NCBI GenBank assembly: GCA_050251055.1
Contig: JBFWNL010000003.1
Location: 128,001 to 192,000, forward strand
Direction of reading: 5' to 3'
Length of the DNA stretch: 64,000 nt
Source of the DNA: Bacteriovoracia bacterium
Lineage (GTDB): Bacteria; Bdellovibrionota; UBA1018; JBFWNL01
In this document: in pieces, positions 1-9,945 of the stretch
How the letters are laid out: each line of letters opens with the position of its first letter
Position numbering within the stretch: the stretch's first letter is position 1
Program-made: the position numbers and the translations under genes
The notes under the pieces: model-generated
What the model was told of the DNA's origin: nothing
Databases searched by the model: none
What the model saw: only the letters and a program-made list of their open reading frames with translations

Positions 1-1
1 C

Positions 2-238
2 AGCGATTCACGCTCGATCCGCGGCTGGTTGCGAGCCGCTCCTCAAAACGGGATCCAGACCGAAGCGTTGACCTTTCCGGATCGCCAGGATCAGCTGGCC
101 ATGGCGGTGGCCTGGCACTCACCACAGCTGCACGCCTGGATAAATCTATTTCTAGAGCAAGCCGAGAAGACGGGTCTCCTTGAACGCATCGTGGCCGCGC
201 ACGAGGCGGGTGAACCTTCGGGAGGAAAATCCCATTGA
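2..238 (+). CDS. Amino-acid ABC-type substrate-binding protein, C-terminal part (5' truncated by window)
   Basis: Frame is open from base 2; ends ...DQLAMAVAWHSPQLHAWINLFLEQ...GLLERI, like the C-terminus of family 3 solute-binding proteins; its stop overlaps the next start (TTGA). Confidence 0.55.
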   Translation, partial: SDSRSIRGWLRAAPQNGIQTEALTFPDRQDQLAMAVAWHSPQLHAWINLFLEQAEKTGLLERIVAAHEAGEPSGGKSH

Positions 239-1482
239 TTTATCGGGTCCTACTTAACCCGTGGTTTCTGCTCGGTACGCTCGCTTTGAGCGCGCTGACC
301 GGAACGTTCGCGCGTGACTTCGCTCTGGGTATCGGAAAGTATGGGCACCTCTATATCAACCTTCTGCAGATGACGGTGATTCCAGTCCTTATCACAGCCG
401 TGGTTTCCAGCATGGGACGACTCATCGAAGTGCACGGCTTCACGCGGTGGCTGATGAAACTGACCCTGGTTTCCCTGCTTTTTCTCGCCCTAGCGAGCCT
501 AATCGGAATTTTGGGCGGCATGATCACCCGCCCGGGCGCGGGTCTTACGGAAGAAGCGCGGGCCATGATCGGCAAGGTACTCAGTGAGGCCGAAACGCGC
601 GGCGACGCCTCCGTCGCTCGCTCCGTGTCCTTCTTCGAGATGATACGGGACATGATCCCCATCAATCCCGTAGCCGCCATCAGCCAAGGCAAGCACTTGG
701 CCATACTCTTCTTCTCCCTGGTCCTAGGCATCGCATTGGGATTTGGAGAACCGGCGGCCCGTGACGTCACCCTACGGGTAGCGGAGGCGCTCTACGCCGC
801 CCAGTTAAAAATCATTCATTGGACGCTTTGCGCCCTACCATTCGGCATCTTTTGCATTTTTTCCGAACAAATCGCCAATATGGGCCTCGGCATTTTCCGC
901 GCCATGGGGGGGTTTGTGCTCTTCAGCATTGCCTTGGCGTTTGTCACCAGCCTGCTCTACGTCGGCGTCATCGCCCGCGTCTCGCGCCTGCCGTTCTTGC
1001 AAGCCTTAGCGGCCCTCAAACGGGTCATTTCGGTCTCGTTCGTAACCGCCAGTAGCTTCGCTTCCATTCCCGTAATGATCGAAGCGCTCGTCAAAGGATT
1101 CCGACGTGACGTCCGCGACGTCAACCTCATCGTGCCGTTAGCCGTGAACCTCAATCGTCAGGGATCGTCGATTTACATGGCTTTCGCTTTCATGTTCGTC
1201 GCGCAGTTATACTCGCTGCCAATCCCGATCGATTCCCTACTGCTCGTCTGGGGTTTATGCGCCCTCTCCGGCATGATTCCCGCGGGTATCGTCGGTCTTA
1301 TTCCGATCGTGTTCACGCCCGTCGGCCTCCCCATCGAAGTCGGCATTACGCTCTTGCTCGCCGTCGAAGTACTGCTCGATCCCGTCTTCACGGTAGTGAA
1401 CGCGCTGGGTTTCTGCTCGACGTCCCTGCTCTTTTCCCGATCAAGCCCGAAATCTCTCGGTGCGGAGGAGGCCTCTCCTTGA
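235..1482 (+). CDS. Dicarboxylate/amino acid:cation symporter (DAACS/SDF family)
   Basis: Multi-TM; LLQMTVIPV, MIPINPV, LPFGIF, FVTASSFASIP (HP1), LDPVFTVVN (TM8) motifs. Confidence 0.85.
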   Translation: MIYRVLLNPWFLLGTLALSALTGTFARDFALGIGKYGHLYINLLQMTVIPVLITAVVSSMGRLIEVHGFTRWLMKLTLVSLLFLALASLIGILGGMITRPGAGLTEEARAMIGKVLSEAETRGDASVARSVSFFEMIRDMIPINPVAAISQGKHLAILFFSLVLGIALGFGEPAARDVTLRVAEALYAAQLKIIHWTLCALPFGIFCIFSEQIANMGLGIFRAMGGFVLFSIALAFVTSLLYVGVIARVSRLPFLQALAALKRVISVSFVTASSFASIPVMIEALVKGFRRDVRDVNLIVPLAVNLNRQGSSIYMAFAFMFVAQLYSLPIPIDSLLLVWGLCALSGMIPAGIVGLIPIVFTPVGLPIEVGITLLLAVEVLLDPVFTVVNALGFCSTSLLFSRSSPKSLGAEEASP

Positions 1483-2516
1483 AGCAAGCACGCAACTTCG
1501 TCGTCGTCGCCTTGGTCTCCGCTCTTTACGCTTGCAGCGGGACCCCGCCGCCCAATCCCCTCATCATCGCCACCTGGCCGGGGTACCAAGTCCTGGAGTT
1601 GAACGAATCGTTTACTCGGCAAACCGGAATTCCAGTCTCCGTGCGCATCTACGAATCCAACGAAGAGCTCATCGCCAAGCTCAAAGCTGGCATCGGAAAC
1701 TACGACGTGATCGTGCCTTCTGATTACGCGGTATCCACCCTGATTCGGGAAGGGTTGATCTTGCCCCTACGCCGGGAAAGCCTGCCTTTTTTGGGAATCG
1801 ACCCGCGATTCCTGGACCGTACCTTCGATCCAGGCAACCAGTACTCGATTCCTTTTGCATGGGGCGTGACCGGAATCGCCTACCGGCACGACCTGTGGCC
1901 CGCCGGCGTCGCCAGCTGGAGCGATCTCTTCGGAAATCCTCGCCTGCACGATCGGTTCACCATCTTAAACGACAGCCGCGAAGCGTTGGGAGCCGCGCTT
2001 AAAGCGCAGGGAAACAGCCTTAACGCGACTAAGCGCGAAGCCCTCGAACGGGCAACCGAACGCTTGATCGCCTCCCGCCGAGCGGCCAAGGGTTTGATCA
2101 TGGACGCTACGGATCTCTTAGCGAGTGGCGAAATTGTCGCGGCCCACGCCTACTCCAATGACGCCACCCGGGCGGCGCGCGTAAGCGGGAAGCCCATTCG
2201 CTTTTCCGTGCCACGCGAGGGCGCCACGCGCTGGACCGACAGCTTGGCGATTCCCATGGGCTCCCGGCAAGTGGAAGCGGCCTATCGGTGGATACGGTTC
2301 ATGTACGAGCCCCGCCATAACCTTACCTTCGTGGACGCCACGTCCGTGGGCGCCGTACTGCTGGATACGCAGAAGAACCTTTCTCCGGAGAACCGAAGAA
2401 ATCCGACGATTGTGCCCGCGCGTGATTTTGGGAAAGACTTAGAGGAAATCAAGGATCTGGGTGAGAGCCAAACCACTTGGGACCGTGCCTGGAAACGCGT
2501 ACAGATCGGCTACTAG
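1479..2516 (+). CDS. Spermidine/putrescine-type (PotD/PotF-like) substrate-binding lipoprotein
   Basis: TTG start overlapping upstream stop; lipobox LYAC; TWPGY, YESNEEL, YDVIVPSDY, FDPGNQYSIPFAWGVTGI, PREGATRWTDSLAIP. Confidence 0.85.
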   Translation: MKQARNFVVVALVSALYACSGTPPPNPLIIATWPGYQVLELNESFTRQTGIPVSVRIYESNEELIAKLKAGIGNYDVIVPSDYAVSTLIREGLILPLRRESLPFLGIDPRFLDRTFDPGNQYSIPFAWGVTGIAYRHDLWPAGVASWSDLFGNPRLHDRFTILNDSREALGAALKAQGNSLNATKREALERATERLIASRRAAKGLIMDATDLLASGEIVAAHAYSNDATRAARVSGKPIRFSVPREGATRWTDSLAIPMGSRQVEAAYRWIRFMYEPRHNLTFVDATSVGAVLLDTQKNLSPENRRNPTIVPARDFGKDLEEIKDLGESQTTWDRAWKRVQIGY

Positions 2517-2531
2517 CCCCAAGCTCGGAGA

Positions 2532-3893
2532 CTAACTTCGATACGCATCGCCGGCCCGGCTGATCGCCAACATCATGGCTTGCGCCTCCGGCAACCGCAC
2601 CACGTCTTCCACGCCTTGGCGCAGGAACTGCGTGATCCGATCGTTAAGCTGCACCGCCTGGTCGATCTTGGGGTTGCTCCCTTTCACGTAGGCGCCGATG
2701 TTAATCAAGTCCTCGGACTGATTGTACACCGCCATCCACTCCCGGATCTGGGAAGCGTGCCGTCGTTGATCGGGCGTGGCCACGGTGGACATCAGGCGGC
2801 TGACGCTCTGGAGAACATCGATGGCAGGATAATGATTCCGCTCGGCGAGGCGGCGGGTAAGCACGATGTGGCCGTCGAGGATCGAGCGGGCGGCATCGGC
2901 GATGGGATCGTCCATGTCGTCGCCCTCTACCAGCACGGTATACAGGCCGGTGATGCTGCCCCGGTCCTTGGCCGTCCCCGCGCGCTCCAGGAGCTTGGGG
3001 AGCGTCGAAAAAACGCTGGGCGTGTAGCCCTTGGAAGCGGGAGGCTCTCCCAGGGAAAGGCCGATCTCCCGCTGAGCCATGCAAAAACGAGTGACCGAAT
3101 CCATAAGCAAAAGCACGTCTTGGCCCTGGTCTCGAAAATACTCGGCGATCGTCGTGGCGAGAAACGCCCCGCGCATGCGAATCAGCGGTGCGGTGTCGGA
3201 AGTGGCTACCACGACCACCGATCGGCGTAGGCCTTCTTCGCCCAAATCGCGCTCGATGAACTCCCGAACCTCGCGCCCGCGCTCACCGATGAGGGCGATC
3301 ACGTTCACGTCCGCGGCGGTGTTTTTGGCCATCATGCCCAGTAAAACCGACTTGCCTACGCCGGAGCCGGCGAAAACGCCTACCCGCTGACCCTTACCGC
3401 AGGTGAGGAGTCCGTCGATCGCCTTCACGCCCAAGCTCAAAGGATCCTTGATCCGCTCTCGACTCAAAGGATCCGACGGCCGTTGGTAAAGACCACGTTC
3501 TTCGTGCGGCACTCCGTCCAGGATCAGAGGGCCCTTGCCGTCGATCGGAAATCCGCGGGCGTCGATCACGCGTCCCAAGAGGCTTTGGCTGACGGACATC
3601 GTGGAGACGCGCTTCTTCAGCACGACCAGGCTATCGTTATTCACGCCGCGCACATCCTCGAACGGCATGAGCATCACGCGCTTGTCGCGAAAGCCAATGA
3701 CTTCAGCGTCGATACCCTGGTCTTCGGCACGCTCATGCGAAGTGTGGATGCGGCAGAGACTCCCAATGGCCGCGCCGGGCAGGGTCGCTTCGTAGACCAG
3801 GCCTAATGATTTCGTGAGCTTGCCCGCCTCGTGATAGATCAAAGCGGATCCGAGCCGATCTTGGTACTTGCGGGCGGGAATGGACCAACTCAC
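2532..3893 (-). CDS. fliI: Flagellar export ATPase FliI
   Basis: GVFAGSGVGKS Walker A, LIGERGREV, MDSVTRF, DAARSILDGH; GTG start at 3893 behind AGGAG; follows fliH. Confidence 0.95.
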   Translation of the reverse strand: MSWSIPARKYQDRLGSALIYHEAGKLTKSLGLVYEATLPGAAIGSLCRIHTSHERAEDQGIDAEVIGFRDKRVMLMPFEDVRGVNNDSLVVLKKRVSTMSVSQSLLGRVIDARGFPIDGKGPLILDGVPHEERGLYQRPSDPLSRERIKDPLSLGVKAIDGLLTCGKGQRVGVFAGSGVGKSVLLGMMAKNTAADVNVIALIGERGREVREFIERDLGEEGLRRSVVVVATSDTAPLIRMRGAFLATTIAEYFRDQGQDVLLLMDSVTRFCMAQREIGLSLGEPPASKGYTPSVFSTLPKLLERAGTAKDRGSITGLYTVLVEGDDMDDPIADAARSILDGHIVLTRRLAERNHYPAIDVLQSVSRLMSTVATPDQRRHASQIREWMAVYNQSEDLINIGAYVKGSNPKIDQAVQLNDRITQFLRQGVEDVVRLPEAQAMMLAISRAGDAYRS

Positions 3894-3904
3894 CGAATTT
3901 TCTC

Positions 3905-4756
3905 CTAACCGCCGGAGGCGCTTTGCAGCGCCTCGTGAATGCTCTTCAGCTGGGTTTCGATGCTGGCGTCGATCGCGTTCCACTCGGTTTCCACGATGCA
4001 GCCGCCACCGCGAACGTCCGCCGAAGCTTCGATACGCAGGTTCTTTGTTTCGCCCAGGTTTTTCTGGAGATCTTCCTTGAGGATCTCCAGGCTCTTCATG
4101 TCACTGGGGTTGATCAGGATCGTGACATTTTCGCGGGTACCGATCCGTTCGATCAGCTGCGCGGCGAGCTTCGACACCACCGTGGGATCCGCTTGCAGCT
4201 CCTTTAGCAACAGCGTCTTGGCGACCTGGAATACGATCTCTACCAATACCTTTTCGTTTTCTTCGAAAATCTTGGCCTTCGCGCCCTCGAGCGACCGTAA
4301 AAGCTCGTCGAACTTCTTGACCCGATCCGTACCCTCGGCCCGAAACTTCATGAAGGCTTCTTCGTATCCTTTTTTCAGTCCTTCTTCGTACCCTCGTGCG
4401 TCGGCCTGCTTGCGTACGTCGTCCTCGACCTGCTTCACGCGATTGGTGACGCGCTCTTCGATCACCCGTTTTTCCTCTTCCTCCACCGAAAGGGGCCCGC
4501 GCAGCAACGGGTTGAGGGTGAACCGCGAATCTTTTTGAGTCTTCGCCTTGCGCTCGACGTCGGTTGCCGCCAAAGGCCCATACTTCGCCTTGATCTGGGA
4601 GTAGGTTTGGCCGCTCCGTTTGTCGAGCTTCTCCATGCGGTAAGGCTGCGGCTCCGTGGCCTGGGCCATGGGCTTCATCACCCGGACCGCCTCGGAGCTT
4701 TCTCCGGCGGCTCCCTCCGATTGCACCTGAAATGGCTGAAATTTGGTGATCGCCAT
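3905..4756 (-). CDS. fliH: Flagellar assembly protein FliH
   Basis: GYEEGLKKGYEE repeat, GGCIVETEWNAIDASIETQL C-terminus; between fliG and fliI. Confidence 0.9.
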   Translation of the reverse strand: MAITKFQPFQVQSEGAAGESSEAVRVMKPMAQATEPQPYRMEKLDKRSGQTYSQIKAKYGPLAATDVERKAKTQKDSRFTLNPLLRGPLSVEEEEKRVIEERVTNRVKQVEDDVRKQADARGYEEGLKKGYEEAFMKFRAEGTDRVKKFDELLRSLEGAKAKIFEENEKVLVEIVFQVAKTLLLKELQADPTVVSKLAAQLIERIGTRENVTILINPSDMKSLEILKEDLQKNLGETKNLRIEASADVRGGGCIVETEWNAIDASIETQLKSIHEALQSASGG

Positions 4757-4784
4757 CGACTATGCCTTTCCCTTACGCCCGGGC

Positions 4785-5798
4785 TTACACCAGGGCGTCC
4801 GCCTCGCCGCCGCGGGCGATGAGGATCTTGCCCTCTGCCTCCAGCCGCTTGGCCACGTTGACGATTTCCTGCTGGGCCGCCTCGACGTCGGAGAGACGCA
4901 CCGGTCCCATCGCTTCCAGGTCCTCGCGCAGCAAATCGGCCGCGCGCTTGGAGATGTTCTTGAAGATCTTTTCCTTGATCTCCTCGGGAGCGGTCTTGAG
5001 CGCGATGACGAGCTTGTCGTTCGGCACTTCCTTGAGCAGCACCTGCATGCCACGGTCGTCGATGAAGATAATATCCTCGAAGACGAACATGAGCTTGCGG
5101 ATTTCCTCGGCCAGCTGCGGGTCTTTTTCTTCGACGCGGGCCATGATGTTTTGCTCGGTGTTCTTATCCATGACGTTGAGCATCTCGGCGATCGGCTGCA
5201 CGCCGCCCAGTTGCTGGGTGTCGATCGAACCCAAGGTCGCCAACTCTTGCTTAAGCACCTCGTCGACCTGCGCAATGAGGGTCGGCGAGATATAGTCGAG
5301 GTTTGAAATTCTGAGCACAACCTCGGTCTGGATCGCTTCCGGCAGGCGTTTGAGCACGTCGCACTTCTTGCCCGCCTCCAAGTGAGCCAGGATAAGGGCA
5401 ATCGTCTGCGGGTGTTCGTTGACCAAGAAGTTCGAGAGCGTGCGCGGGTCGACCAGCTCGAGCGCCTCGAGCGTCCGGCTGCCCTCGACCACGGAAAGTT
5501 GGCCTAGCACCGTTTTCGCCCGCTCTTCGCCCAAGGTCTCTAAGACGAAGTCGCGTCCCTGCGCGTGGCCGAAGATCAGGATGTCCTGCTCCGCGATTTC
5601 GGTATAAAAATTTTCGAGTACCTGCTTAACCAGCGGGATCGGGACTTTGGTGACCTTGCCCATGGCGGTGACCAACAACTTCACGTCGTTGTCCTTCATG
5701 TTCTTGAAGACCTGGGCCGTGACGTGATTGCCCAAGACGTTGAGCAATACCGCCGCCTTCTCCATCCCCGTCATGCTGGCTAACGCATCCGCGCTCAT
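4785..5798 (-). CDS. fliG: Flagellar motor switch protein FliG
   Basis: EHPQTIALIL, MFVFEDI, GPVRLSDVEAAQQEIV motifs. Confidence 0.97.
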   Translation of the reverse strand: MSADALASMTGMEKAAVLLNVLGNHVTAQVFKNMKDNDVKLLVTAMGKVTKVPIPLVKQVLENFYTEIAEQDILIFGHAQGRDFVLETLGEERAKTVLGQLSVVEGSRTLEALELVDPRTLSNFLVNEHPQTIALILAHLEAGKKCDVLKRLPEAIQTEVVLRISNLDYISPTLIAQVDEVLKQELATLGSIDTQQLGGVQPIAEMLNVMDKNTEQNIMARVEEKDPQLAEEIRKLMFVFEDIIFIDDRGMQVLLKEVPNDKLVIALKTAPEEIKEKIFKNISKRAADLLREDLEAMGPVRLSDVEAAQQEIVNVAKRLEAEGKILIARGGEADALV

Positions 5799-5810
5799 AG
5801 CACCCTCTCC

Positions 5811-7499
5811 TTACGCGGTTTTATCCGCGCCGTCCTTAGCTTCTTCGCCTTCCGGCGCCTTCTTCTCCCCGCGTACCCAGTCGCGAAGGATCAACGCCGC
5901 TTTGTGCGGATTGGCGTCGACCAAGGTTACGATCTTCTCCTTGATCATCTCGCCTTCGATTTTTTCCGGGTCAATCTGCTCTGGCAACTCCGGGACGACT
6001 TCGTCTACCGGCAGATTTTGGGCTTTCTGCAACTTCTCAAGCTCCTCGATCGTCTGCGGCAAGAACGTGTCCACGCTGTCGGTGGTGTTCTCGGTGACCC
6101 ACTTGATGAACGGGCGAATGACGAACAGGAAGAACAAGATGATCAACAGGCCGATGACGGAGTAAACCATCATGTTCTGGAGATAGCTGCGACGCTCGCT
6201 GTCTTGGATCTGCTTTTCAGCCTCCGAGAAGTCCGCGCGGTTGAATTCCATGTTCTTGATCTGGATCGTGTCCCCTCGTTTGGGGTTTAAGCCCACGGCG
6301 CCCGCGATGATCTGCTCGAACTCCTTCAACTTATCTTCCGACCACGGTTCCACCTTCGCCTTCGCGTCGGGCTTCTCCGGATCTTTTACCTGTCGGCCAT
6401 CGACCACCACGGAAACCGAGAGCCGCGAGACCGTTCCGGACGGTTTCCGCGTCTGGCGGATGGTCTGCGGTACCTCGAAATTCGTCGTTTCGTGGACCTT
6501 CTGGGTATCCGTCTTGACTTGCGCGGCTTGCACGCCCGGCTGCTCGCCGGGGGTATTCGCGCGAACGCCGGCTACCCCGCCCGGCGCGGGACGGCTACCG
6601 GACATCGAATCGTTATTTTTATAGGCCGAACGCACCGCGGAACCGTCGGCGTCGAAAGTCGTCTGGGTCTCGCTCACCTGGGAAAAATCCAGCTCCGCGC
6701 TCACGCGGGCGACGACGTGCCCTTCGCCCACGACGGGAGACAGCATCTCCTCAACCCGCTTCTCCATGCTTTCTTCGAGCTTCCGGCGAAAATCAAGCTG
6801 GGTGGCGCTGGCTTGCACCAGCGGGTCACGCGTATTTTCGGAAAGAGTCCGCCCCGTCGAGTCAACGATCACGACCTTGCCGATATCTAGGCCTTCGACG
6901 GCGCTGGCGACAAGATTTCCGATGCCAAAAACTTGCTTCTCCGAAAGACGAACGCTGGGCTCGAGGTCGAGCACCACCGAAGCGGTCGGCTCCTTCTGAT
7001 CCTGAATGAACGTGCTTTCCTTAGGGATAGCGAGGTGCACGCGCGCACGTTTCACGCCTTTGATGGCGCCGATCGTCCGCATCAGCTCGCCTTCTTTCGC
7101 GCGCAGCATGTTGATGCGTTGGACGAGACTAGTGGTCCCTAGGGACTGGTGGTCGAACACCTCATAACCCACGACGCTCGATTGCGGCAATCCCAAGGTC
7201 GCCAGCTCCATGCGCAGGTCGAACACGCTCTCCGGCGGAATCTCGATATTGCGTCCACTCTGGTCCACCTTGAAGGGGATCTGCTTTTGGCGCAGGACGC
7301 GCATGACGTTGGCGGAGTCCTCCGGGTTGAGGTTGGTCATCAAGGGTCGGTAAGTCTGACTGCCCGCCCATTGGAACATCGCGAACACCCCGGCCAGCAC
7401 CGCCACGGACACCACGCCTAACGCAAGCTTGCGACCCGGGCTCAGCGCCGTGAAAAACTCGCCCAGCTGCCGAAAAACTTTCTTGAAATACTCGGTCAC
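5811..7499 (-). CDS. fliF: Flagellar M-ring protein FliF
   Basis: Two TM segments; VGYEVFD, RAKEGELMRTI, ARVHLAIP, PTASVVL, ASAVEGL. Confidence 0.95.
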   Translation of the reverse strand: MTEYFKKVFRQLGEFFTALSPGRKLALGVVSVAVLAGVFAMFQWAGSQTYRPLMTNLNPEDSANVMRVLRQKQIPFKVDQSGRNIEIPPESVFDLRMELATLGLPQSSVVGYEVFDHQSLGTTSLVQRINMLRAKEGELMRTIGAIKGVKRARVHLAIPKESTFIQDQKEPTASVVLDLEPSVRLSEKQVFGIGNLVASAVEGLDIGKVVIVDSTGRTLSENTRDPLVQASATQLDFRRKLEESMEKRVEEMLSPVVGEGHVVARVSAELDFSQVSETQTTFDADGSAVRSAYKNNDSMSGSRPAPGGVAGVRANTPGEQPGVQAAQVKTDTQKVHETTNFEVPQTIRQTRKPSGTVSRLSVSVVVDGRQVKDPEKPDAKAKVEPWSEDKLKEFEQIIAGAVGLNPKRGDTIQIKNMEFNRADFSEAEKQIQDSERRSYLQNMMVYSVIGLLIILFFLFVIRPFIKWVTENTTDSVDTFLPQTIEELEKLQKAQNLPVDEVVPELPEQIDPEKIEGEMIKEKIVTLVDANPHKAALILRDWVRGEKKAPEGEEAKDGADKTA

Positions 7500-7531
7500 T
7501 TTACGCTCCTATTTCCTAAAATTACCCGCTA

Positions 7532-7948
7532 CTAAACCTGCATCCTCATGATTTCGCGGTAGGCGTCGAGCACCTTGTTCCGCACCTGCATCATGAGTTT
7601 CAACGACATTTCCGCCTTCTCCACGGCGAGCATCGTTTCATGCACATTCTTCGTTCGACCCGCGATAAGCTCCTTCATCGCGCTGTCCGCCTGCACCTGC
7701 GTCGAATTCACGTTTTCGAGCGTCCGCTGCAACATCTGCGCGAACCCGTCGGTCATGCCGCCTTTGGCGGCGGCCGGGTCGACGGCGCCGGGAGCGCCCA
7801 TCAATCCTTCGAGACCATCCGATACCTGCATGCCTTGGCGACGCATCTCCTCCATCACGCGGCGGTCGCTCATGGGCGAGGTGCCGCCCAAAGCGTCACC
7901 CTTCCAACCGCTCAGCTGATCGATGTTCTCCAACCGTAAATCGTTCAT
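7532..7948 (-). CDS. fliE: Flagellar hook-basal body protein FliE
   Basis: HETMLAVEKAEMSLKLMMQVRNKVLDAYREIMRMQV. Confidence 0.95.
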   Translation of the reverse strand: MNDLRLENIDQLSGWKGDALGGTSPMSDRRVMEEMRRQGMQVSDGLEGLMGAPGAVDPAAAKGGMTDGFAQMLQRTLENVNSTQVQADSAMKELIAGRTKNVHETMLAVEKAEMSLKLMMQVRNKVLDAYREIMRMQV

Positions 7949-8391
7949 TATCTACCGATCTCCAACGCTTTTTGGGCCATGGCCTTGGCCGCGTTCAACG
8001 TGTTCACGTTGGCGTCGTAAGAACGCTGGGCGCTGATCATATTCGCCATTTCCTCGACCGTGTTGACGTTCGGCATGGCGACATACCCTTCCTCGTTGGC
8101 GTCCGGGTGCGAGGGGTTGTAGACCATCCGCGGAGGACGCGTATCCTCGGCGATTTCGGTCACCTGCACGCCCTGGACGTTTTCATCCATGGCCGACTGA
8201 AGAATCTCGCCGAAGCTCTCCCGATCGACCTGCGCCTCCAAGACCGGATCGCGCCGTTTGTAGGGGGCGATATTCCCGTCGGCGTCGCGGGTGGTTTCCG
8301 CGTTGGCCACGTTGCTCGAAATCGTATTTAGCCGCTTGGTTTGGGCTTCCAAACCGGAAGCGCTCACGCGCATGGACGAGAAGAAATCCAT
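7948..8391 (-). CDS. flgC: Flagellar basal-body rod protein FlgC
   Basis: SASGLEAQ..RLNTISSNVANAETT, YNPSHPDANEEGYVAMPNVN. Confidence 0.97.
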   Translation of the reverse strand: MDFFSSMRVSASGLEAQTKRLNTISSNVANAETTRDADGNIAPYKRRDPVLEAQVDRESFGEILQSAMDENVQGVQVTEIAEDTRPPRMVYNPSHPDANEEGYVAMPNVNTVEEMANMISAQRSYDANVNTLNAAKAMAQKALEIGR

Positions 8392-8807
8392 TAGTTGCTA
8401 CCTCCGCCTTCCGAGATCCCGTACTTCAGCATTCCGAGCTTCTTTTTGAGTAGCTCCACGGACGCGTTGTACATGATTTGGTTTTCCGTGGATTTGGCCA
8501 TCTCGGCGGAGCGATCGACGGTGTTCCCGTCGAGCGATTCCACCCCGTTGGGGTCCTCCACGATTTCAGGATGAATGGGGTCGAGTTCCTTCGGAACCTG
8601 GTGTCCCGCGTGCGTCTGCTCGGGCCGAATCCCTTCGCCGACGTCAAGCGCTTCCCGTAACGCGGTCTCGAACTCCAGCTTCTTCGCCTTGTAATTCGGC
8701 GTGTCCGCGTTTGCGATGTTCGAGTTGATCACGTTCTGATTCACCATCCGCGCGTTCAAAGACGTATTCAGCGCGCCGATGGTGGAATCGAAAAGCTTAT
8801 TGGACAT
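8391..8807 (-). CDS. flgB: Flagellar basal-body rod protein FlgB
   Basis: SNIANADTPNYKAK, DGNTVD..EMA. Confidence 0.97.
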   Translation of the reverse strand: MSNKLFDSTIGALNTSLNARMVNQNVINSNIANADTPNYKAKKLEFETALREALDVGEGIRPEQTHAGHQVPKELDPIHPEIVEDPNGVESLDGNTVDRSAEMAKSTENQIMYNASVELLKKKLGMLKYGISEGGGSN

Positions 8808-8827
8808 AGTCCCCCTTCAACCCAATA

Positions 8828-8843
8828 TTCAAGTTACATGCCG
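8828..8843 (-). promoter_or_regulatory. Probable sigma-54 (-24/-12) promoter of flgB operon, with variant -12
   Basis: Minus strand CGGCATG-TAAC-TTGAA, correct spacing, GC replaced by GA at -12; about 20 nt before flgB ATG. Confidence 0.5.
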
Positions 8844-8948
8844 CGTTCGCCGATACTCAGCGCGGCATTACGCGGTAACGAAAATACTTTTCCCCCTAGA
8901 ACTAGGCGTTTTTTTCCGCCACGTTCACGTCCGGGTAAAACCTGCCGA

Positions 8949-9914
8949 CTAGACCTGAATGCCGATCTTGCGGTAATCCGAAAGCTTATTACGCAAGGTA
9001 CGAATCGAGATACCCAACGCCCGCGCCGTGTGCGTGCGGTTTCCGTTGTGGTACTGCAACGCCTCGAGAATCACGGAGCGCTCGATGTCGTTCAGCGTCT
9101 GACCTGGATTCCAGCTATAGCTTTCCGATCCCTCTTCGCCGGCCGCCAAGCCCGCGGCATCTTCGCGGTACTCGATCATGATGTCGCCATGGCCGATGGA
9201 CGCGTCTTTGGCCGTGATGATCGAACGCTCGATCACGTTTGCGAGCTCACGAATATTACCCGGCCAGGCGTAAGCTTCGAGCTTAGCGAGGGCTTCCGGG
9301 GAGAACGGTAGCGCGGGCCGACCATTTTTCTGCGAATACTGACCCACGAAGTACTCCGCGAGGTTCTTCACGTCGCCAATGCGGTCACGCAGCGGAGGCA
9401 AGGTGAGGTTTACCACGTTCAGGCGGTAATACAGGTCTTCGCGGAAAGTGCCTTCGGTAACGCAGCTAGCAAGATTCTTGTTCGTCGTCGCGATGATGCG
9501 GACGTCCACGGCGATGGGTTTACGGCCGCCGATCCGATCCACTTCGCCTTCTTGGATCACGCGCAATAGTTTCGCTTGGAGACGGATGTCCATCTCGGAA
9601 ATTTCATCGAGCAGCAACGTGCCGCCGTTGGCGATTTCGAACTTACCCGCTTTGGCGTTCACGGCACCCGTGAAGGCCCCCCGCTCATGGCCAAACAGTT
9701 CCGACTCGAGCAGATTTTCCGGTATCGCGGCGCAGTTGATCGCCACGAAGGGACGGTTGGCACGCGAGCTGTTCTGATGGATCAGGTTCGCCATCACTTC
9801 CTTGCCCGTGCCGCTTTCGCCCTGGATCAGCACGGTGGCCTTGCTCTGGGCGACCGTCTTCGCCAATTGAATCATCTCGCTCATCTTACGGTCCGCAGTG
9901 ATCAGATCGTTCAT
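8949..9914 (-). CDS. Sigma-54-dependent activator (AAA+ plus Fis-type HTH), no N-terminal sensor domain; flagellar FleR/FlgR-like
   Basis: [64 protein letters not shown]; ATG 9914 behind GGAGG. Confidence 0.9.
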   Translation of the reverse strand: MNDLITADRKMSEMIQLAKTVAQSKATVLIQGESGTGKEVMANLIHQNSSRANRPFVAINCAAIPENLLESELFGHERGAFTGAVNAKAGKFEIANGGTLLLDEISEMDIRLQAKLLRVIQEGEVDRIGGRKPIAVDVRIIATTNKNLASCVTEGTFREDLYYRLNVVNLTLPPLRDRIGDVKNLAEYFVGQYSQKNGRPALPFSPEALAKLEAYAWPGNIRELANVIERSIITAKDASIGHGDIMIEYREDAAGLAAGEEGSESYSWNPGQTLNDIERSVILEALQYHNGNRTHTARALGISIRTLRNKLSDYRKIGIQV

Positions 9915-9945
9915 CTTTACCCTCCCTGGTAAAATCGGTAACAAA

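Noticed and set aside
1257-1478. N-terminal extensions in the ORF track (PotD-like from 1257, fliI from 3983, mlaF from 14360, MBL from 37402, large protein from 60143)
   Set aside because: They overlap upstream genes or leaders; downstream starts have RBS, signal peptides or stop/start overlaps.
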